From: Azolla caroliniana | Taxonomy: Eukaryota > Plantae > Polypodiophyta | NCBI GenBank assembly: GCA_043228905.1 | Contig: JBHGNT010000009.1 | Coordinates: forward strand, 18,848,001 to 18,912,000 | Direction: 5' to 3' | Length of the DNA: 64,000 nucleotides | Shown here: piece by piece, positions 59,780 through 64,000 of the stretch | How positions within the stretch are numbered: the stretch's first letter is position 1 | Layout: each line of letters begins with the position of its first letter | Notes under the pieces: model-generated | What the model was told of the DNA's origin: nothing | What the model saw: the letters and a program-made list of their open reading frames with translations, nothing else | Database searches by the model: none | Translations under genes and position numbers: made by a program

Positions 59780-62700
59780 TGTTGAGATATCAAGCTCAAC
59801 TAGTTTAATCTAGTTAGTCAACACATGTAACTTAGTAGTTACCTAGATCGAATCTAGTTAATGTGTTGACCTTAAGCCTTAAATAGGACCTCGTACTTAA
59901 GTGGGATATTCTAGATCCTCCACTCCTTAGTACATTTAATGTAGGACTTACACATAAGTACCTATGTTCTACCCACACATGTGCACCTTTGCACATGGGT
60001 TGTGTATATACCTCATTGTGGGTATTTTTGTATGTTGATGACACTTTTCAATATAGTCAATCATCCCCCATTTATCTTTGTGTTCAAGTGTAACTTCCTC
60101 TCTCTCTCTCTTCCTCTCACACACTCTCGTGCGCATATCATACTAATCTTCCGCTGCTTAACGTAACCATATAATTAGTCTCTAATTAACCCTAGTTAAT
60201 TACCTAATTACTTAACATGGTATCAGAGCGCGTGGTTTAGGAAATCCACTAAGCCCACCGCTTATTCGTGATTGTGTGTTCGAGATGCCGACGACAAATC
60301 CCAGCTATTCGCTATCCGCTACCGTAGTGCCGCTACGAAGGACGTGTACGCGACCAAGAGAAGAAAGACAAAACGGAAGACACAACAATCAACATGAACA
60401 AACAAATGGGAAGCTCGCTCCCTAGCGAAAAGCTAGACCGAAGCAACTATTCATCTTGGGAGTACAAGATGAATCAATACCTTGTCGGCCAAGGGTATTG
60501 GAGCTACATCAACGACGCACAAGAAAACAAACCCGAAACCACACGCCAACTACCCAACGTGGGAGCAAGGTGCAAGTCGGGTAATGTATTGCTTGGCAAC
60601 ATGTGTAAACGACCACATGCTTAGCCACATTCGTGACGCCAAGACGCCCAAAGAGGCGTGGGAAAATCTCAAGAAGATTTTCGCCGCGGACACATCCGCG
60701 CGCAAGCTTTAACTCCGGCAAGAGTTGAACAACATACGACAAAAAGAAATGTTCGTGACAGACTACACCGCCAAGATCAAGAGCATTTGCGACTCTCTTG
60801 GCTCCATCAACGTCAACATCGACGAGGACGAGATGGTGCAAGTATGGTTGGGCGGCCTCGCACAACGATTCAACCCGTTGAGAACGGCAATCTTGGCGAG
60901 AGATACCCCTCCCTCATTCTTCAACCTCCAATCAATGCTATTGGTCGAAGAAAACCACGTTCAACCAAAGACCAACACATCGGAAGGACAAATGCTCTTC
61001 TCCGATACGGATAGTGCCCATAGACGAGGTCAACGCGGAAGAGGTCAATTCGACCTATCCCACGAAGGGAATTCACAATTTCGGCAAGGAAACGGAAGCC
61101 ATCGAGGAACCTTCACAAGAAGGGGGAGCTTCCACGCCAAACAAGGTCGGCGAACGACGCCACCTACGTGCAACTATTGCGGAAAAATCGGCCATCACGA
61201 AGAGGAGTGCCGAAAAAGACGAAGCGAGTCGGCCTCAACAAGCCGGCAACTCACAAATTACGCCGCGAATGCGGAATACGCGGACTACGGCGGACTCTTC
61301 GTGATGAGGCGTAGAGCGAACTCTATGATGGCCTCCGATCCCGCAAACTCCGCAAGCACCTCCAACTCTGAACATGCGTGGTTCGTAGACTCCGGCGCCT
61401 CGCACCACATGACGTCGCACCAAGAGTGGTTTCGCGACTTGCGAACGCCGGATCGACCCCGCTACATAGAGACCGGAGACGACATTCCGCATCCCATTCG
61501 GCACATCGGCGATGTCCAATTTGGGAAAGAAGGCAAGCAAACTTGCATCAAGAATGTCTTGCACGTGCCCACAATAACAAAGTTTGGTCTCAGTCGGCCA
61601 AATTGTGGAGCAAGGCATGCAAGTCCGCTTCAACAATGAAGGTTGCTTCATCGAGAAAGACGGCCAACTCATAGCCAAGGGACGGAGAGACGCTCGCTTG
61701 TTCATCCTCAACTCAAACGAGGTAAAATCGGCCATGTACGCCAAAGGTCTCAAGACCGAGATAAACATCGAGTTGTGGCACAAGCGAATTGGCCACGTAA
61801 ACCTCCAACGGCTTCGCGGAATGCAATCAAAGGGAGTCGTAATCGGACTTCCGGCCTTCAAATCGAAACGAGTCGACCGAGTGTGCGAAGCATGCCAACT
61901 CGGCAAACAACATCGACTCCTATTCCCGAAGGAGAGCTCTGCGAGCAAAGGCCTCCTTGACATAATCCACTCGGACGTATGGGGATCGGCTCAAACGCCG
62001 ACGCTTGACGGATGCCGCTACTACGTCACCTTCATCGACGACCACTCGCGCTACACGTGGATATACCCGATGAAGAAGAAGAGTGAAGTGCTCTCCCACT
62101 TTCAAAGGCTCAAATGCCAAGTGGAGAAAGAAACCGGTCGGCACATTCGATGCCTACGATCAGACGAAGGAAAGGAGTACTTCTCCGACGAGTTCACCTC
62201 CTACCTCCAAGGAGAAGGCATTCGTAGAGAATTCTCATGCCGACACACTCCCCAACAAAACGGAGTAGCCGAGAGAAAGAATCGGCAAATACTCGAGGTA
62301 GCACGCGCCATGATGCGTGAGAAGCACATGCCGAACTTCTATTGGGCGGAAGCGGCATCCACGGCCGTCTATCTCATGAATCGATGCACCACAAATAGCG
62401 TGCACGACCTTACTCCATACGATATCTTTGTTGGAAGAAAGGCCATCCTCTCGCACCTCAAGGTGTTCGGAAGCATTGCGAATGTACGCATCCCGAACAA
62501 AAGTCGAGAGAAGCCCGACACGAAGTCGGAAGAATGTATCCTCATAGGATACTTGTTCACGAAAAAGGCGTACAAATGCTTCAACCCTTCGACTCGAGCG
62601 GTGCGGATAAGTCGTGACATCATTTTCGACGAATCGGCATCTTGGTATAAGCCCGATGCGACTCCAACCGACCCGATCGAGGAAGAGTTGAACGCCAACT

Positions 62701-63773
62701 CGGACGACGAAACTCGGCCAAGTCCTCCACCCAAGGACAATCCAAGCTCTATTGAGCTAATTGGCCCACAAGAGCCTCCACGCGATGAAAACACGTCGCG
62801 GCCAAGTCCGACATCAGACAAAGGCAAAGGTAAGATGCCCGAATACAAAGTCGAGGTCCACCCCGACGACCGTGATTCGGATGATTCGGCTCGCTCACTA
62901 GATAGTGAGTTCGGTGTACCCATCATGAGGACACCTGGAGTAAAGAAGGCACTCACATCGACAAACGAGAAACTCCGCCGCTCATCACGAGCGAAGACCC
63001 AAGTCACTCGTTACGCCTACAACGAGTATATGGCCCATCACTATGCCCTCGCGATGAAGGTAGTGGCCGAACAAGAGCCCGAGGATCCAAGCCTTCGTCA
63101 CAAGCTTGAGGGGGAGAACAGAACCGCGCAACGAAGCCGGAAGACGCGAAGAAAGCCGTGCAACACCGCGCAACAAAGCCGCGGAGAGCCGCGCAACGCC
63201 GCGCAACAAAGCTGCGAAGAGCCACGCAACGAAGTCGCGAAGACGCGAAGAAAGCCGCAAGCCGCACCGATGCCGATGAAGCCGAAGGAAGCTAAACCGG
63301 ACGTTGGACGCCTCACACTTGAGCTTGAGGGGGCGTGTTGAGATATCAAGCTCAACTAGTTTAATCTAGTTAGTCAACACATGTAACTTAGTAGTTACCT
63401 AGATTGAATCTAGTTAATGTGTTGACCTTAAGCCTTAAATAGGACCTTGTACTTAAGTGGGATATTCTAGATCCTCCACTCCTTAGTACATTTAATGTAG
63501 GACTTACACATAAGTACCTATGTTCTACCCACACATGTGCACCTTTGCACATGGGTTGTATATATACCTCATTGTGGGTATTTTTGTATGTTGATGACAC
63601 TTTTCAATATAGTCAATCATCCCCCATTTATCTTTGTGTTCAAGTGTAACTTCCTCTCTCTCTCTCTTCCTCTCACACACTCTCACGCGCATATCATACT
63701 AATCTTCCGCTGCTTAACGTAACCATATAATTAGTCTCTAATTAACCCTAGTTAATTACCTAATTACTTAACA
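59780..63773 (+). mobile_element. Bryco-like copia element lacking RT/RNase H, TSD GGCTA
   Basis: 438-bp LTRs (59780-60217, 63336-63773) with about 5 mismatches; PBS 60218-60229; GGCTA on both sides. Confidence 0.95.
60394..63341 (+). pseudogene. gag-PR-INT, truncated before RT
   Basis: CNYCGKIGH, WFVDSGASHH, WHKRIGH..CEAC, FIDDHSRY, GVAERKNR; jumps from EQEPE (~63083) to the post-RH tail. Confidence 0.92.
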
Positions 63774-64000
63774 GGCTACATTTTTTGCTTAAGCTACTCG
63801 ACTTCAATTGTTGGTTGATCTTCAAGACCATCAATTGCGTGGTTACACACGCAAATCCTCATAGATAATTAAAGTGTTATGGTTGTAGCGAGAAAATCCA
63901 GTTTTCCATACATTGAACAATGCATATTGAAGTCCAATTATATACAAGGGAGAGATTACAAGAACATGAAATCAACTTAGTATATTATCCTACAAAGGAC

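Larger units (their letters stand above)
52900..64000 (+). mobile_element. very old, degenerate copia element hosting two nested insertions
   Basis: WYFDSGTSN (~52966), KVCKLHKTL..LKQASRA (~53525), SNWARD..ST..FFLG..ISW (~59665), NPVFH (~63895). Confidence 0.65.

Overview
Plant repeat-dense DNA, probably from a bryophyte (inferred from the TE lineages). No host gene is recognisable. The window is a nest of transposons: Tnt1/Tork-like and Bryco-like Ty1/copia elements (one with an intact 1357-aa polyprotein), an RTE-X-like LINE, chromovirus-type and other Ty3/gypsy fragments, several solo LTRs and a hAT 3' end. The stand-out region is ~34.6-43.0 kb. It holds a decayed Sola-like (DGMDQ/QLDN-ENKN/GHTH) DNA transposase on the + strand, divergently paired with an intron-containing gene on the - strand. 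That gene encodes a ParB/Srx-like domain fused to a prokaryote-type beta-class amino-DNA-methyltransferase (DIPY catalytic motif, then the DLFSxTGT SAM motif). Its first intron carries six regularly spaced 11-3-11 palindromes. This suggests a transposon-borne 6mA/4mC methylation system; this copy is a pseudogene. Family assignments come from motif recognition by eye, not database searches.
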